Counted from the first letter of the whole stretch, positions 1 through 11,762 are shown. The stretch: 63,120 bases of DNA, filler included, from Globobulimina sp. (GCA_003354225.1; 32 parts of 32 records of this genome joined end to end with filler, not necessarily neighbours in it); one strand, 5' to 3'. Notes: generated by a model from the sequence alone, not told the origin. Program-made: numbers and translations.

Positions 1-146
1 ACTTCGATATCTTCATCTTTATCTTCATCACTATCAATATCAATATCCAAATCTTGAGTTGTTTGTTTTTCAGTTGACATTATGGTAGCAATGTTTATTT
101 GTAGGTTCTCAAAAAAAGTGCAAAACTTTGTTACACCCTTAAACGG

Positions 147-1352
147 TTAAACATTATTATTCGCTTTTTCGTCACATTGCACAATACAGAGCAATTTTAA
201 ATCAAACAATAGATCGCAATGTGGTGGAATTAAATTCCCAGCACCACGTGTTCCATATGCGAGTCTGTACGGTATCCATAATTTGATGATTGAGCCACAT
301 GACATTTGACAAAGAGCTTGTTCTAAGCCTTTAATGTTTTGTTTTTTGCCCAGTACAATGATTTCACGATGAGAAATAAATTGCTTTGAACACTCCAAAA
401 CGTTCCTTTTTTCATGATCCAAATAGCCAACATATTGAATCTCCAAAGTACACGTTTTCTTAAACATTGGTTTTTGTTTATTCGTTTTCAGCACAACATA
501 CATATCAATTTGCGTTTTTGTGAATTTTGTCCTATCAGGAAATGTTTCATTAATTATTGTTTGAAGCGACACATTGTAAAATATCAAACATAAATTCATT
601 ATTTCATTCGGTACATTAACATTCCATTTTATTTCATTCCAACGAACATAGCCAAATACAATTAATTCATTCTTCATTCTTTGTTTCATACCTTTTCTAT
701 CAATTTCTCCATCTACAAATTCCTTCTATATAGAAATAATAAATATTAATAAATTAAATGATTGAACAAATATGTGTGACAATAAATAATGCATAACTAA
801 ATTCTTTGTTTCACATTTCTTTGATTCTGCTTCCTTATATGATAACTGATAACAGCTAGTGTCTATTCATTAAATATATATATAAATTACCTCGATATAT
901 GTAGGAGGTGGAGGCTGCATCGGTATCGGTATCGGTATTGGAGGCGGTATGTTCTTTTTTAAATGATGTACTGGAGATATATTAACTGGGCAATAATAGT
1001 ACGATAGAAATAATTCAAGTAATTCCGGTGGGATATATATATCGAATTGAATTTGTGCAAAGCGGATATAGCCATATAAACAATGTGTATCATCATATTG
1101 CTTTATTTGATTTTCAATGTAAAATTGTAGCTTTCGGTCGTCGTGGTTCGGTTGTCGTGGTGGTACGGTATATTTGGAAAACGTTCTTTTAGTTCTCTTT
1201 TGTTGATGTGATTTTTTGATCAACTTATTTCTTACAATTGGATTAAATATGGATGTTTCGAATGGGATTGGTTTGACAGATTTGTTATGATTAGAATCGC
1301 TACAAAGAGAATTCTTTAATGAGGCTTCAATAAATTCTACTTTCCTTTCCAA
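147..1352 (-). CDS. Multi-exon protein with C-terminal FKBP-type PPIase domain and two GYxR..IP motifs (exon structure approximate)
   Basis: GLEQALCQMSCGSIIKLWIPYRLAYGTRGAGNLIPPHCDLLFDLKLL is an FKBP signature. The upstream ORF 870..1352 probably joins it through short introns between ~730 and 890, but that junction is not fully resolved. Confidence 0.75.
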
Positions 1353-1432
1353 TGAATATAATCTTATATTAATGGATGATAATCGATATTTTGCAGATTG
1401 GTGAAAGTCATTGATTTTTCTAATTCACGGTG

Positions 1433-1630
1433 TTACAGTAAATCATTTCCTTTTTTATGGTGAGAAATGTGGCGCATTTTTATCTCAAATATTGCAACAT
1501 TTGTTTCTTTGTTTCCGGTGAATATCTTGAATATTTCCTTCATACATTCATATTTTGTTTTCCACCGAGTTGCAGTGCTAGCTGCAGACCACCAATCATC
1601 ACTTAATTGTTCAACAACATCTATTGACAT
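1433..1630 (-). pseudogene. Possible short TOG/XMAP215-like fragment
   Basis: IDVVEQLSDDWWSAASTATRWKTKYECMKEI resembles the start of a TOG domain (VDILSKLP.DF....KKWQERKEALE) but ends after 65 aa. Confidence 0.25.
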
Positions 1631-1877
1631 CTTATCTATTTTATTATATTATATTTTTTGTTCTTGTTCGCTTGTCCGTGGAAGGATGTTTTTTTGTTAT
1701 GAGGCTAACTAAAATGAAAAATAAAAGTGACAAATAATATCCTTGTGTTTTCATGCCATGGCAGTCAAAAATATCGAGGAGTACAATCAATTTCAACTTG
1801 ATCGCGTATTTGTTGAAACTGTATGTATTTGTATTTGTGTCCCCGAAAAATCATTACATAATTATGTGATCTGCTTA

Positions 1878-1977
1878 NNNNNNNNNNNNNNNNNNNNNNN
1901 NNNNNNNNNNNNNNNNNNNNNTTAATTAATTAANNNNNNNNNNNNNNNNNNNNNNNNNNNNNNNNNNNNNNNNNNNN
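1878..1977. other. Artificial scaffold spacer (first of 31), N44-TTAATTAATTAA-N44
   Basis: Identical 100-bp spacers start at 1878, 3855, 5832, 7809, 9786, 11763, 13740, 15717, 17694, 19671, 21648, 23624, 25600, 27576, 29552, 31528, 33504, 35480, 37455, 39430, 41405, 43380, 45355, 47329, 49303, 51277, 53251, 55225, 57199, 59173 and 61147. The core has stops in all six frames. Contig lengths fall monotonically from 1877 to 1874. Confidence 0.99.
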
Positions 1978-2010
1978 CAAATGATATTTCTAATGAGATA
2001 GATATTTAAT

Positions 2011-2320
2011 AACACGCATATATTGATTTAGGTGATATTTAATTGGCAATCCACAGCCATAGCACACAAAGAAAAGCAAAAGAAAAAAATTGATATTTGA
2101 ATAAATAATTTGGGGCAAACCACAGCCACAACAAACTCAAACATGTAAATGAAAAAATGCTAGAAGATGAATATTTGAAGGAGTGTTTTTGTGGCATACA
2201 CAAGACACAAAAAGCAAAAACATATATTAATTTAAATTAAAAAAGAAAACGCATATATTGACTTCAATATTAAAGATTTGTTTTAGCGACATTAAAACAA
2301 AACGCATATATTGATTTAAA
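2011..2320 (+). repeat. Degenerate local repeat, (G)CATATATTGATTTA about 4 copies plus CACAGCCA/CACAAAG motifs
   Basis: Copies near 2015, 2220, 2250 and 2303, upstream of the tRNA-like unit. Confidence 0.55.
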
Positions 2321-2369
2321 TAAAATTTGGTGTGTCATCACACAAAGCACCAATACTATCCATTTTGTT

Positions 2370-2424
2370 GTGATGGTGCTTACGGAGAGCATATGCTATT
2401 TGGGTTCAAATCCCAATCATCACA
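2370..2424 (+). ncRNA. 55-nt tRNA-like unit lacking an anticodon arm
   Basis: Acceptor GTGATGG/TCATCAC+A, D-like stem GCT..AGC, T arm TTGGG-TTCAAAT-CCCAA. Only ~9 nt lie between the D and T arms. Followed by T-runs. Confidence 0.6.
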
Positions 2425-2824
2425 TTTTATTATTTTTTCATGAAATTGGGTCCATGTTTTGTTTGTTTGTTTGTTTGTTTTGTGTGTGGATGTTTTTAGT
2501 GTAAGGCAAACAAACTATTGATAATATCATCAATATATAATGATGAGACGCAGGCATAACGACGATTGGCGAGGTGTTTGATAAGATCAGTACTCAAAAA
2601 AAAAACCTTTTCAAACAGGAAAAAAAATCAGTACTTATCGGACACCCCTATTGCTGTTCCGCTAAAAATGCGCTTTTGAAAACAGCTGCTGAATTTCTAT
2701 TTGTATCATAATTGGATTTCCGCAAATTCGCATTTATTAAACGCGTGCATTTTCCTTTTAATTCTCATTTGAATCTATTGATCCTTTCTAGAATTAAAAA
2801 ATAATCACTCAAGCAAGTTCGAAG

Positions 2825-3717
2825 ATGTTAGCAACATTATTCACATCAACATTATTGATTACAATTGTATTAAGTGCTGCTCCTCAAACAGACCAACAAA
2901 AACTATTCGCGAGACGAGCAGCAAAAGCAATTGTAAAAGAACAATTAAAACAGAGACTCGAAAAAGCAACACAAAAACGAGCAGCAGCAGCAGCAAAAGC
3001 AACACAAACACAATTAACACAACAACAGCAATCATTCTTATTTGGTCACCAGATCAACCAAGTAATGCAATTAGTTTATAATATCGGTAGACCAAATCGT
3101 CAACAGTTGCAAGTACCAATAAATTACAATGTTTAGTTGGAAGTGTAGTGCTTTGTAACAATGTTATTTCACTTATTTTGTTTGTTTAAAATACATAGGT
3201 TAATGAGCATTATCAAAGATCATCATCAGAATCATCATCTCCAACCAACCAACAAAGACCACTCATACCTGCACAAGTAACAACAAAACCAACAGCAACA
3301 GCAACATCAGCAGCGCAATACACAGCAGGAGCAGCAGGACCATTTATATCACATATTGTGAGCTCACTAGCGCAATACGCAGCAGGAGCAGCAGCAGCAG
3401 CAGAGCTGTTTATACCACATGTTGGAAGTGCACTGCATTCTGCAATCATGTTGCAAGAAAGAGAAGTAGCAGCAGCAGCAGACGTTGTTATAACAGAAAG
3501 CAGCAGCACAGAAGAAGAACTTGTAGCAGCAACAGCAGAACACATTGTTATAAGTACAGAAAGCAGCAGCGAAGAAGAAGAAGAAGCAGAACAACTTAAA
3601 CAGCAACAGCAGAAGAATTTAATCGGAGTTGTCATTGCCGTAGGAATAGCTGTTGTAATTGTTTGTGTTGTACTTTTTTTAAAAAGAAAACAAGTACAAA
3701 TAGAGGTACACATATAG
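2825..3717 (+). CDS. Type I membrane protein, Ala/Gln/Glu-rich, 2 exons (intron 3113..3198)
   Basis: Signal peptide MLATLFTSTLLITIVLSA. A phase-0 GT..AG intron joins ORF 2825 to the frame of 3358..3717. C-terminal TM helix LIGVVIAVGIAVVIVCVVLFL followed by KRK. Confidence 0.75.
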
Positions 3718-3954
3718 GTACAAAAAAATTGTACATTTGTATAAGCTGTAGAAATTATTTATACTCCAGATTTGTTATTTGAATACAAATTCTCATTGCT
3801 CTGTATTGACACTCTGTATTGACTTCACACCAAGTTGTAGCCACTTGCAATAGGNNNNNNNNNNNNNNNNNNNNNNNNNNNNNNNNNNNNNNNNNNNNTT
3901 AATTAATTAANNNNNNNNNNNNNNNNNNNNNNNNNNNNNNNNNNNNNNNNNNNN

Positions 3955-4383
3955 CTCTCGTAAACGTTGTTGGTCCGCTCGTAAACCAGCACTATCGATA
4001 GCACGTCCTGTTGATGAATATGAGCGTGTTGATGAATATGAGCGTGATGCGGAGCGATGCGATGAGCCATAGGCGGAGAGATGCGACGAGCCATAGGCGT
4101 CCGGGCCGAATGTTGATATAAACATTGATGTATAGGATGGAGTCGAGTCGGAACTGGGCGCGCTTGAACTGTCCGGGCTGGTCGATGCTGTTGAACTGTT
4201 TGTTGTGGATGTTGATGTTGTGGATGTTGTCGATGATGGAGATGTTGTCGATGATTGAGATGTTGTCGATGTCGATGGAGATGTCGATTGAGATGTCGAT
4301 GTCGATGGAGATGGCGACCTTCTTTGTAATGGCGGGGCGCGCTGGTTTTCCGGGATATCGACCATGTGGCGACCGATTGACAT
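3955..4383 (-). CDS. Ser/Thr-rich low-complexity protein, 3' partial
   Basis: ATG-initiated ORF with STSTS/SSH repeats, running into the spacer. Confidence 0.45.
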
Positions 4384-4571
4384 TGCACTTAAATGTTTTC
4401 TAGTGACAATGTTTTTAAATGTTTAATTTGTGTGTTTGTGAAAATCATAAACTTTACGTTTCAAACTGAGCGAACTAATTTTTTTGCAATGAGCGAACGA
4501 AAGTAATAATTAAATACGCGACAATAATTAAAATAAATAAGTAAATTCACATTGCGCAAATTCGCAATAAG

Positions 4572-5273
4572 TTATTCATCAACATTATGCAAAGGATGCT
4601 TTGCCATCTCTCTCGCAAATGGATCATCTTCATCTTCGCCATCAATCCTAAAGTATTCCTTAAATGTATTAATACTTATTCCTTCTTGCTCCAATCCAAT
4701 ACGTTGCAATCCATTCCCAATGACCACGATATATTTAACTAATGATAAATATGTATCCACGAATGAGTTGTGCCTGTTTTTGTATTTATTATGAAATATA
4801 TTATGTCCGATCATCATGTTGCTAACTAATATTACCATTGCCGTCGTTTTCTTTTTTTTGTGTTTAATCCAATTAATTACTATTTTAATGCTTGCATCGA
4901 TATTAAAATTCGTTGATATCATCGTTTCACGTAATTTATTTTCGCCACCAATTCCTAAATCTATTGTCTTTCCATTCAAATTCATAAATTTCATCAAATG
5001 ATGTGCTTCGAATATACGAAATGCTTCCGTTTGAGTGATAAAATGCCATTTGCAGGAACAATGCTGCCTTTTATATCCTCGATCTTGGAACATCTGTCTT
5101 TTTCGATTGATGCGCGGAATAATGCCTTTATCGATAACTATCTGCATCATAGGCAACCGTTTTGTCGGTATTAGCCTGGATAGATTTAAAATTCGCAGCT
5201 TCCGATAGATCGAATCTCCAATGGATCCAATCGCTTGGTCGATGCATATCCGACGGAAGTCTGGTGCCGCCAT
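4572..5273 (-). CDS. Divergent importin-alpha/ARM-like protein or decayed copy
   Basis: RKLR..LS..PMMQIVIDKGIIPRI resembles importin-alpha ARM1-2 (RKLLS..PPIQ.VID.G.VPR). The rest is not recognisable. Confidence 0.3.
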   Translation of the reverse strand: MAAPDFRRICIDQAIGSIGDSIYRKLRILNLSRLIPTKRLPMMQIVIDKGIIPRINRKRQMFQDRGYKRQHCSCKWHFITQTEAFRIFEAHHLMKFMNLNGKTIDLGIGGENKLRETMISTNFNIDASIKIVINWIKHKKKKTTAMVILVSNMMIGHNIFHNKYKNRHNSFVDTYLSLVKYIVVIGNGLQRIGLEQEGISINTFKEYFRIDGEDEDDPFAREMAKHPLHNVDE

Positions 5274-5461
5274 ATAAAGATTTATTTTGACTTAAGAAAA
5301 CTTTTTGAGTTTCATCATATTTTTATTATCATTTCATCATATTTTTTTTAAGTAGCAATAAAAAAATTGAAAGTTAGTTTTTCAGAAAGCACAACATCTG
5401 AGGATTCCAAATATGCCTTTAAAGTTAATTTTGGAAGTCTCTAAGTCAATTCATCCAACAT

Positions 5462-5831
5462 TCAAAATTCGCCAAAAAATGCATCACGAAAGCACATTAT
5501 GAGATATCTGGCACAATCTTGTGTGAACAGATTAGACTGATTTAACTGCTTGGAATGAATAAATTTTTCTGTTTCAAGTGCTTTCATTCCGTGTTCGTTT
5601 TTGGATAAATGAGGGGCGGGATAAAATGTTACAGAACCAGCATCTTTTGGATTTACATGATATTTGCATTTGTAATCGTATAATTGGAGCACAACTTTTG
5701 GTAATTTGCATCTGAGATTCTTGTCTAACTTTGGTTGTTTTAGATTTCTTGCAATAAGTACTTTGAATTCAAATTTTAATTCTTCTTCATCATGCATTTT
5801 AATATCAGTTGTGTCAGTTGTGGATTCTCAT
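5462..5831 (-). CDS. Hypothetical protein, C-terminal part
   Basis: Open frame from the contig edge to the stop at 5462. No recognised motif. Confidence 0.4.
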
Positions 5832-5931
5832 NNNNNNNNNNNNNNNNNNNNNNNNNNNNNNNNNNNNNNNNNNNNTTAATTAATTAANNNNNNNNNNNNN
5901 NNNNNNNNNNNNNNNNNNNNNNNNNNNNNNN

Positions 5932-7093
5932 AAATATGCTTTATCTGTCTCACTTATTGCTTGATTCAAATCGCTTTGGATCTCCTCTTCATTATCATTA
6001 TCATTCTCCTCTTTACTTTTCGCTGTATTCCCTTTAGATTTCGCCCAATTCAATTGGCACTTTTTCTTATTTAAATACAACACATCAAACAATGCAGTCA
6101 TTGCCTTTTCCGCATTCTCCCTCTCTTCAAACGTAACAAATCCACATTTCCTGTCATGTAATAAGGCCACAGTGCTTATCCCACCATATCCGGCAAATTT
6201 ATTCTTGATCAAATCCTCATTCATACTCCAATCAATTCCCCCAATGAACAACGTTCTGTGTTACAAAAAACATTATAAAAAATCTGAAAAACAGTACGAT
6301 TATAAATAATAATTATCCTCGCACCAATAATACAAAAAATAAACACAAACCGTATTGCTCTGTCATTCGGTGGTTGAGGTACAATTTTATTCCTTTTTTT
6401 ATTGCCATTTTCATCGTCATTGCCACCATTCTTCCATTCGTCGTATTTGTTTAATAATTTATTGGCCACCGGGTCGTTGATACCGTAGAACCTATCTTTG
6501 ATATTCTGATCCTTTAAGCTCTCATCATATTTCTGCTCTGATGGATGAACGTGTCGGTACGGACAGGCATCGCCGCGATTACATATCCCGCGTACATAAA
6601 ATGAGCAAATGTGCGGCAAATTACGTTTATAATAAGGCCCTTTGCGTTGGATGCGGGACAACATAGGGTTGCCGCCATTGGCTGCATCAATGTTATCGTA
6701 TGGTAATTGTAAGGACGTGTTAGTGCCACCTAAACCGACCTGATGTTCCAACTGTTCATACATATAATTCCTATTCGTATGCGAGACTGGTAACACATCT
6801 TTGTTTAAGATTAGGTCGTCTTTACTCAATGCATCGTCGCGTACTTGTACGGGTAGTCCGTATTGTAAGTCTAATATGCAAGTTTGACACACATTTTTTA
6901 GTTTTGCGCACGTGCCACAGATTTCGGTTTTTTTAAATCTTGCGCGTGGACCTGGCCGCCAGCGGTAAACTGTGAATGGACGGTCACAAATTTTACAGGC
7001 TTTTGCGAAGCGTTCGCGTGTCATACGGAGGTATGGGTTGTCTCCCAAACATGTTTCGCAAAGAATTGGGAAATCTTCTGGTTGGAAAGACAT
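5932..7093 (-). CDS. RBM22: Pre-mRNA splicing factor RBM22/Slt11, 3' partial (intron 6256..6350)
   Basis: DFPILCETCLGDNPYLRM, CKICDRPFTVYRWRPG, KLKNVCQTCILDLQYGLPVQVRD, CCCH finger CSFYVRGICNRGDACPYRH, then an RRM (RTLFIGGI...CGFVTF) after a 95-nt intron. Confidence 0.96.
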
Positions 7094-7145
7094 GGTTTAG
7101 GATGATGCAAAAGGATTTTTCTGAAGTTATTTCACTTTGCAAACC

Positions 7146-7808
7146 ATGTCGACGCATGTTTCGATTAGCCACGTACTGAATGGCAGAATACCAAAAACAT
7201 CATTACAATTCAAGCAAATGGTTGATGATAATATTAATTTAGACATTGAGCCAAATAAATTTATTCAGATTTCCACCTATATTGCATTACAAATGACACA
7301 GGCAATGAAACAGAGAGATAATGAAAATCAACAGGAATATGTATGTCGTTTATATCAATCCAACAGTAATAATAATTGCATACAAATTAAACACACATCC
7401 AATCAGATTGAGAAAAGAAACAAATTAATACAAAAACAAAAACAATGGGACCAAGATTCGCAGCAAGAACTAAAGTTAAAATACAACAAATATCTTCCAA
7501 CAGCATTATAATAAATGTACATCAAACCAGGAACATCGACGCAAAAAAGGAAAAATACCAAGAATTATTAAACCAACTCGAATCCAAACGAGATATTTTA
7601 AAATGGCGCTTACAAGAAATCCACACCAAACATATGACATTTTTGAAGATGGAAAATAAAAAAAACCAAGTTTTGCTGCAATTGGAGCAAAGCAAAAAAA
7701 AGTTGGAAAAAATATTAGTAGAAAATATAGAAACGGACTTAGATATTTTCGAAAACGAATTGAAAAAAGTAGATGCGCTGCGTCATGCGGCTGAATATGA
7801 CAAATTGA
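7146..7808 (+). CDS. Coiled-coil protein, 3' partial, with two apparent 1-nt frameshifts (~7497, ~7549)
   Basis: Removing one base at CTTCCAA and one at AAAAAAGG gives continuous KYLQQHYNKCTSNQEHRRKKEKYQELL, joining ORFs 7137 and 7445. Confidence 0.5.
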
Positions 7809-7908
7809 NNNNNNNNNNNNNNNNNNNNNNNNNNNNNNNNNNNNNNNNNNNNTTAATTAATTAANNNNNNNNNNNNNNNNNNNNNNNNNNNNNNNNNNNN
7901 NNNNNNNN

Positions 7909-8920
7909 AATGCCGACAGATAACGTTAACCCATCATTATCACCGATATCTCCGACCACAGATCCAACAATAATCCCAACAACAACTTCATTGCCACCAA
8001 CAATAACTTCATCAATAATATCTACCATATATACAACAGTAAATCCAACAGAAATACCAACAGATAACCCGTCATTATCCATATATTCAACTATTCCATC
8101 ACCAACCACATTGTCCACATATCCAGTTCATCCCATTACAAATTTACCATCCCGTCCACCAACAACAGCGAATACAGAGCATACACATACAGAGCATACA
8201 CATACAGAGCATTCACATGCAAGGCAATTATTTATGGCGGTGCTGGTATCCGTTGGTACAACCATAATGGCAATGTTATGTTTATTTACATTATGTATTT
8301 GTATATATCTTCGTCTTCATCGAGATGGAAATCGTAGAAAATACAGCAGAACAACAGTGACCGCAGAATTAACACAAATGTATGCGATGCGCGAAAATGG
8401 GCCGTCATTAACATTAACACCTTTTAGTGGTACAAATAAAATCCAATCCAATATAATACCACAAATGAAAGTGAACTTAAGTTTACAATCATTATCACAC
8501 TCGACATCGTCAGAACATTCTGTTGAAATAATTAATGACACTCTGCAGGTCAATGATATAAATGGTGATCTTGAAGGTGATAAAACAATACCACCAAAGG
8601 ATGAAATCGATCGATTGTATGGTACACATAAAGTGGCAGATAGTATATATACAGATATTGAGAGTTTATTTGATGGTAAACAAGGGTCGACGCGGTTGAT
8701 GCAGGGCAATAATGGTTTTAGTGATGAGATATTGAAAGAGCAAGAAGAGGAACAGGATGAATGGGATGAGTCATCAAGTTTTGCTATGGATGAGCAGTTA
8801 ATTGCGAAATTTAAAAAAGTTGGGAGGAAGGATATGCAACAAACTATGATATCTATCTCGGAAATGAAGGACTGTAAAAGTAATAGAATGGTGCATGAGG
8901 ATGATGATTGTGACAAATGA
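7909..8920 (+). CDS. Mucin-like PT-repeat single-pass membrane protein, 5' partial
   Basis: PTxxPT stalk, TEHTH x3 (15-bp repeat), TM helix LFMAVLV...CICIYL and an acidic cytoplasmic tail. Confidence 0.75.
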
Positions 8921-9450
8921 ATCAAAGTAAATGATATGTCAAATACTCATTATATTGATTATATTTTATATTGTCGTTAATAAATTTGTAACGTTTTGTG
9001 ATGTGTGATTAGTTGCGGTTAATTTTTCTGTTATAAATATACATTTTTTAACCTAATGACAACCTAAACTTTAAGAAAAAGAATGAAAAATAATATTATC
9101 ACACAATTAGGTTCTTCAAACACAAAAAAAAACAAGATTTTAATAAAATAAACGCAGAAAGAAACAAACAGTTTTCTTGACATTGATGGACATAGCGAGA
9201 ATAAACACATTCATTCATACAACAAAGTTATCCACAAAACGTTATACAACATAAGGAAAAAAAAAGAATAACAAATTATTTAAACAAAATAAAAATTAAT
9301 GTTAGTACATAACCAAAAAAAAAAGTTTAAAATATATGATAACAAAAATGTAACATCGTATCAACAAAAAACATAACAAAGCAAAAATTGTACGAATAAA
9401 TAAAAATTTAATCAATATCTTTCGGGTCTGAATAAATTATAAGTTTCAGC

Positions 9451-9785
9451 CTAATCTTTAAATGGATTGCCTCCGCCACCGCCCATCCCGCCCATATTCC
9501 CTTGTTGTCTCATATATGGATTATTTTGTTGCTGCACTGCCTTATTCATATACGGATTGCCGCCCATATTGCCCTGCACTGCTTGCTTAAACTGATTGCC
9601 TTGGCCTCCACCACTTTGATAGGGACTGCCACCCATATTTCCCTGCGGACTCATATACGGAGACATATTTCCCTGCTGATTCTGCATATATCCCATCTGG
9701 TTATTTTGTTGTGGGTTCATGTACGGATTGCCGCCACCTCCGCCGCCGCCGCCCATTCCCATATTCATGCCATACCCACTCGACC
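9451..9785 (-). CDS. C-terminus of G/M/N/Q-rich protein with NPY/NPF motifs (endocytic-adaptor-like tail)
   Basis: NPYM x3 and terminal GGGNPFKD*. NPF is the EH-domain ligand. Confidence 0.6.
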
Positions 9786-9885
9786 NNNNNNNNNNNNNNN
9801 NNNNNNNNNNNNNNNNNNNNNNNNNNNNNTTAATTAATTAANNNNNNNNNNNNNNNNNNNNNNNNNNNNNNNNNNNNNNNNNNNN

Positions 9886-10140
9886 GCACTTGCAATGCCG
9901 TCAAACCACGAATAATAACACGGCTTTGCGCCGTATTTCTCTCTCTCTCTCATACGGCATTTGCAATGCCGTCAAACCACGAATAATATCACGGCTTTGC
10001 GCCGTATTTCTCTCTCTCTCTCATACGGCACTTGCAATGCCGTCAAACCACGAATAATAACACGGCTTTGCGCCGTATTTCTCTCTCTCTCTCATACGGC
10101 ACTTGCAATGCCGTCAAACCACCCATAATATCACGGCTTC
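9886..10140. repeat. 71-bp tandem repeat, 3.6 copies, each with GCCGT..ACGGC hairpins and a (TC)n loop
   Basis: Units start at 9886, 9957, 10028 and 10099 and are near-identical. Confidence 0.95.
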
Positions 10141-10337
10141 ATTCTCATTCTTCGCCGCTTAATGTGTTGCGGCTTTGTCTTTATCCATAATATGCGGCAT
10201 CCACTCTCTCTTTCTCGCCGCTTCAATAATATGCGGCATCGATCCCACGCATTCTCGTTTGTGTGTTTTGTTTTGTACGGTTGAATTCAATTTGGCCAAA
10301 TCAAATTCATAAAAAACAAACCGTACAGTTGTGACGA

Positions 10338-10394
10338 GAGTTGCCATGACGAGTTGCCATGACGAGTTGCCATGATGTTGCCATGACGAGTTGC
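10338..10394. repeat. 13-bp tandem repeat GAGTTGCCATGAC x~4.5, followed by TTTAGCGAA x3 (10433-10490)
   Basis: Read directly from the sequence. Confidence 0.9.
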
Positions 10395-10605
10395 TATACT
10401 TTTAAAAACTTCATACAGCGGTGTTTTAAACATTTAGCGAATTATGATGAAACTAGTCAAGCATTTAGCGAATCATGACGATTTAGCGAATCCGTTACGA
10501 TGTGTGTAAACAGAATAGAATGCAAATGAATAAATTAAATGTCACACAATTCTTATTGCGATGCTTTCATCAAATAATTAAAGTAAAATCGCATTCAATG
10601 TCAAT

Positions 10606-10917
10606 TTAAAATATGCTGTGGCGATATATCCCTTTAAGGAATATATGACCTTTTTCCAAACTTTCTTTGATATTTATTTGATAAATTTGATCATCATCAA
10701 GATTTAATACTTTTGTTCTACCATTAATATTTGGCTTCAGAAAAATTAGACATAAATCTAATGTTAATTTGTCATTCACTTCATCACCGTCATCAGGAAA
10801 TGATATTAATACAAATGCACCATGTAAATCTGCAAATGATTTAGTTTGAGTTAAAAGAGATGGTCTATTCATTGCTAAAAACGATTCTCTGGTCACTATT
10901 TCCTTCTCTTCATTCAT
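10606..10917 (-). CDS. Hypothetical protein (MNEEKEIV...)
   Basis: Intronless ATG ORF of 103 aa, no recognised homology. Confidence 0.45.
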   Translation of the reverse strand: MNEEKEIVTRESFLAMNRPSLLTQTKSFADLHGAFVLISFPDDGDEVNDKLTLDLCLIFLKPNINGRTKVLNLDDDQIYQINIKESLEKGHIFLKGIYRHSIF

Positions 10918-10996
10918 ATATTTTTTAACAATTGGATAAAGAACCAATGTCTTTTTAATAACTATTTGTTTAAATATATGTGCAAAAAACTGAAAT

Positions 10997-11040
10997 TGTA
11001 AAATGTGTCCACTCTGCAAAGAGAGTGGACAGATTTTGCA
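10997..11040. other. 19-bp imperfect inverted repeat (stem-loop) between two co-oriented ORFs
   Basis: TGTAAAATGTGTCCACTCT-GCAAAG-AGAGTGGACAGATTTTGCA. Confidence 0.8.
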
Positions 11041-11098
11041 AATTCAAAATCAATAGTTTTCAGTTGAATTTGCTAAATCTGCAACAAAAAATAGGTGT

Positions 11099-11762
11099 TT
11101 ACATACATGGTGCAAACTCTATCTCTACATCAGTCAATATTTGATGACTGTGTCTTTTGTATGCTTCTGCCAAATCATGTGTTAAATCATTTGGATCCAA
11201 AAAATATAAACCATCAGACATTAACGACTTCAGCGCTGCACCTTTTCTTTTCAATAATTTATCATAGGCGGGGATTGGTAATGTTACTGTATTTATTGAA
11301 GATGGTAATTTTAAATGTGTTCCACTTTTGGATATATTACTGCCATAAAATACATATAATTGACTTGAAAAAGGTTGATGTATGATAACATCTGCATCAA
11401 ATATTGTTGTTTTGCCAGGTACACGAACCAAATATGCCCGTGATACAACAATTGGCTTCTTTTCACTGGATAAAAATTCAGCATCTTTCACCAAAGGTGT
11501 TTCCGCAACGTTAGATACTGACACATTTATTTTTAAAATTCTGTCCATTTGTATTTCAAAACCTAATGATTTCAAACTTGGTGCTGTCAAAACAGTCAAC
11601 ATTGCTCCTCCGCGTATTTCAAAATGATTTAAATGTGCATCTGGTTTTCCGTCACCCCCAATAAATGGTGATACATTATTTTCATATTTATTTACAGGTA
11701 AAAAATGTGAAATTACATCATTACCGTCATTCACAGTTTCTTTATTTCTAATTATTATCTCA
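11099..11762 (-). CDS. Hypothetical protein, 5' partial
   Basis: Open frame of more than 211 aa with globular composition. A possible 28-nt terminal intron GTATGT..TTGCAG lies near 11080-11106. Confidence 0.55.

Noticed and set aside
9886-10140. CRISPR array
   Set aside because: Units are identical end to end, with no unique spacers and no cas genes.
10338-10394. RFX X-box array (GTTGCCATG)
   Set aside because: Only half-sites within a tandem repeat, and no evidence for RFX in this organism.
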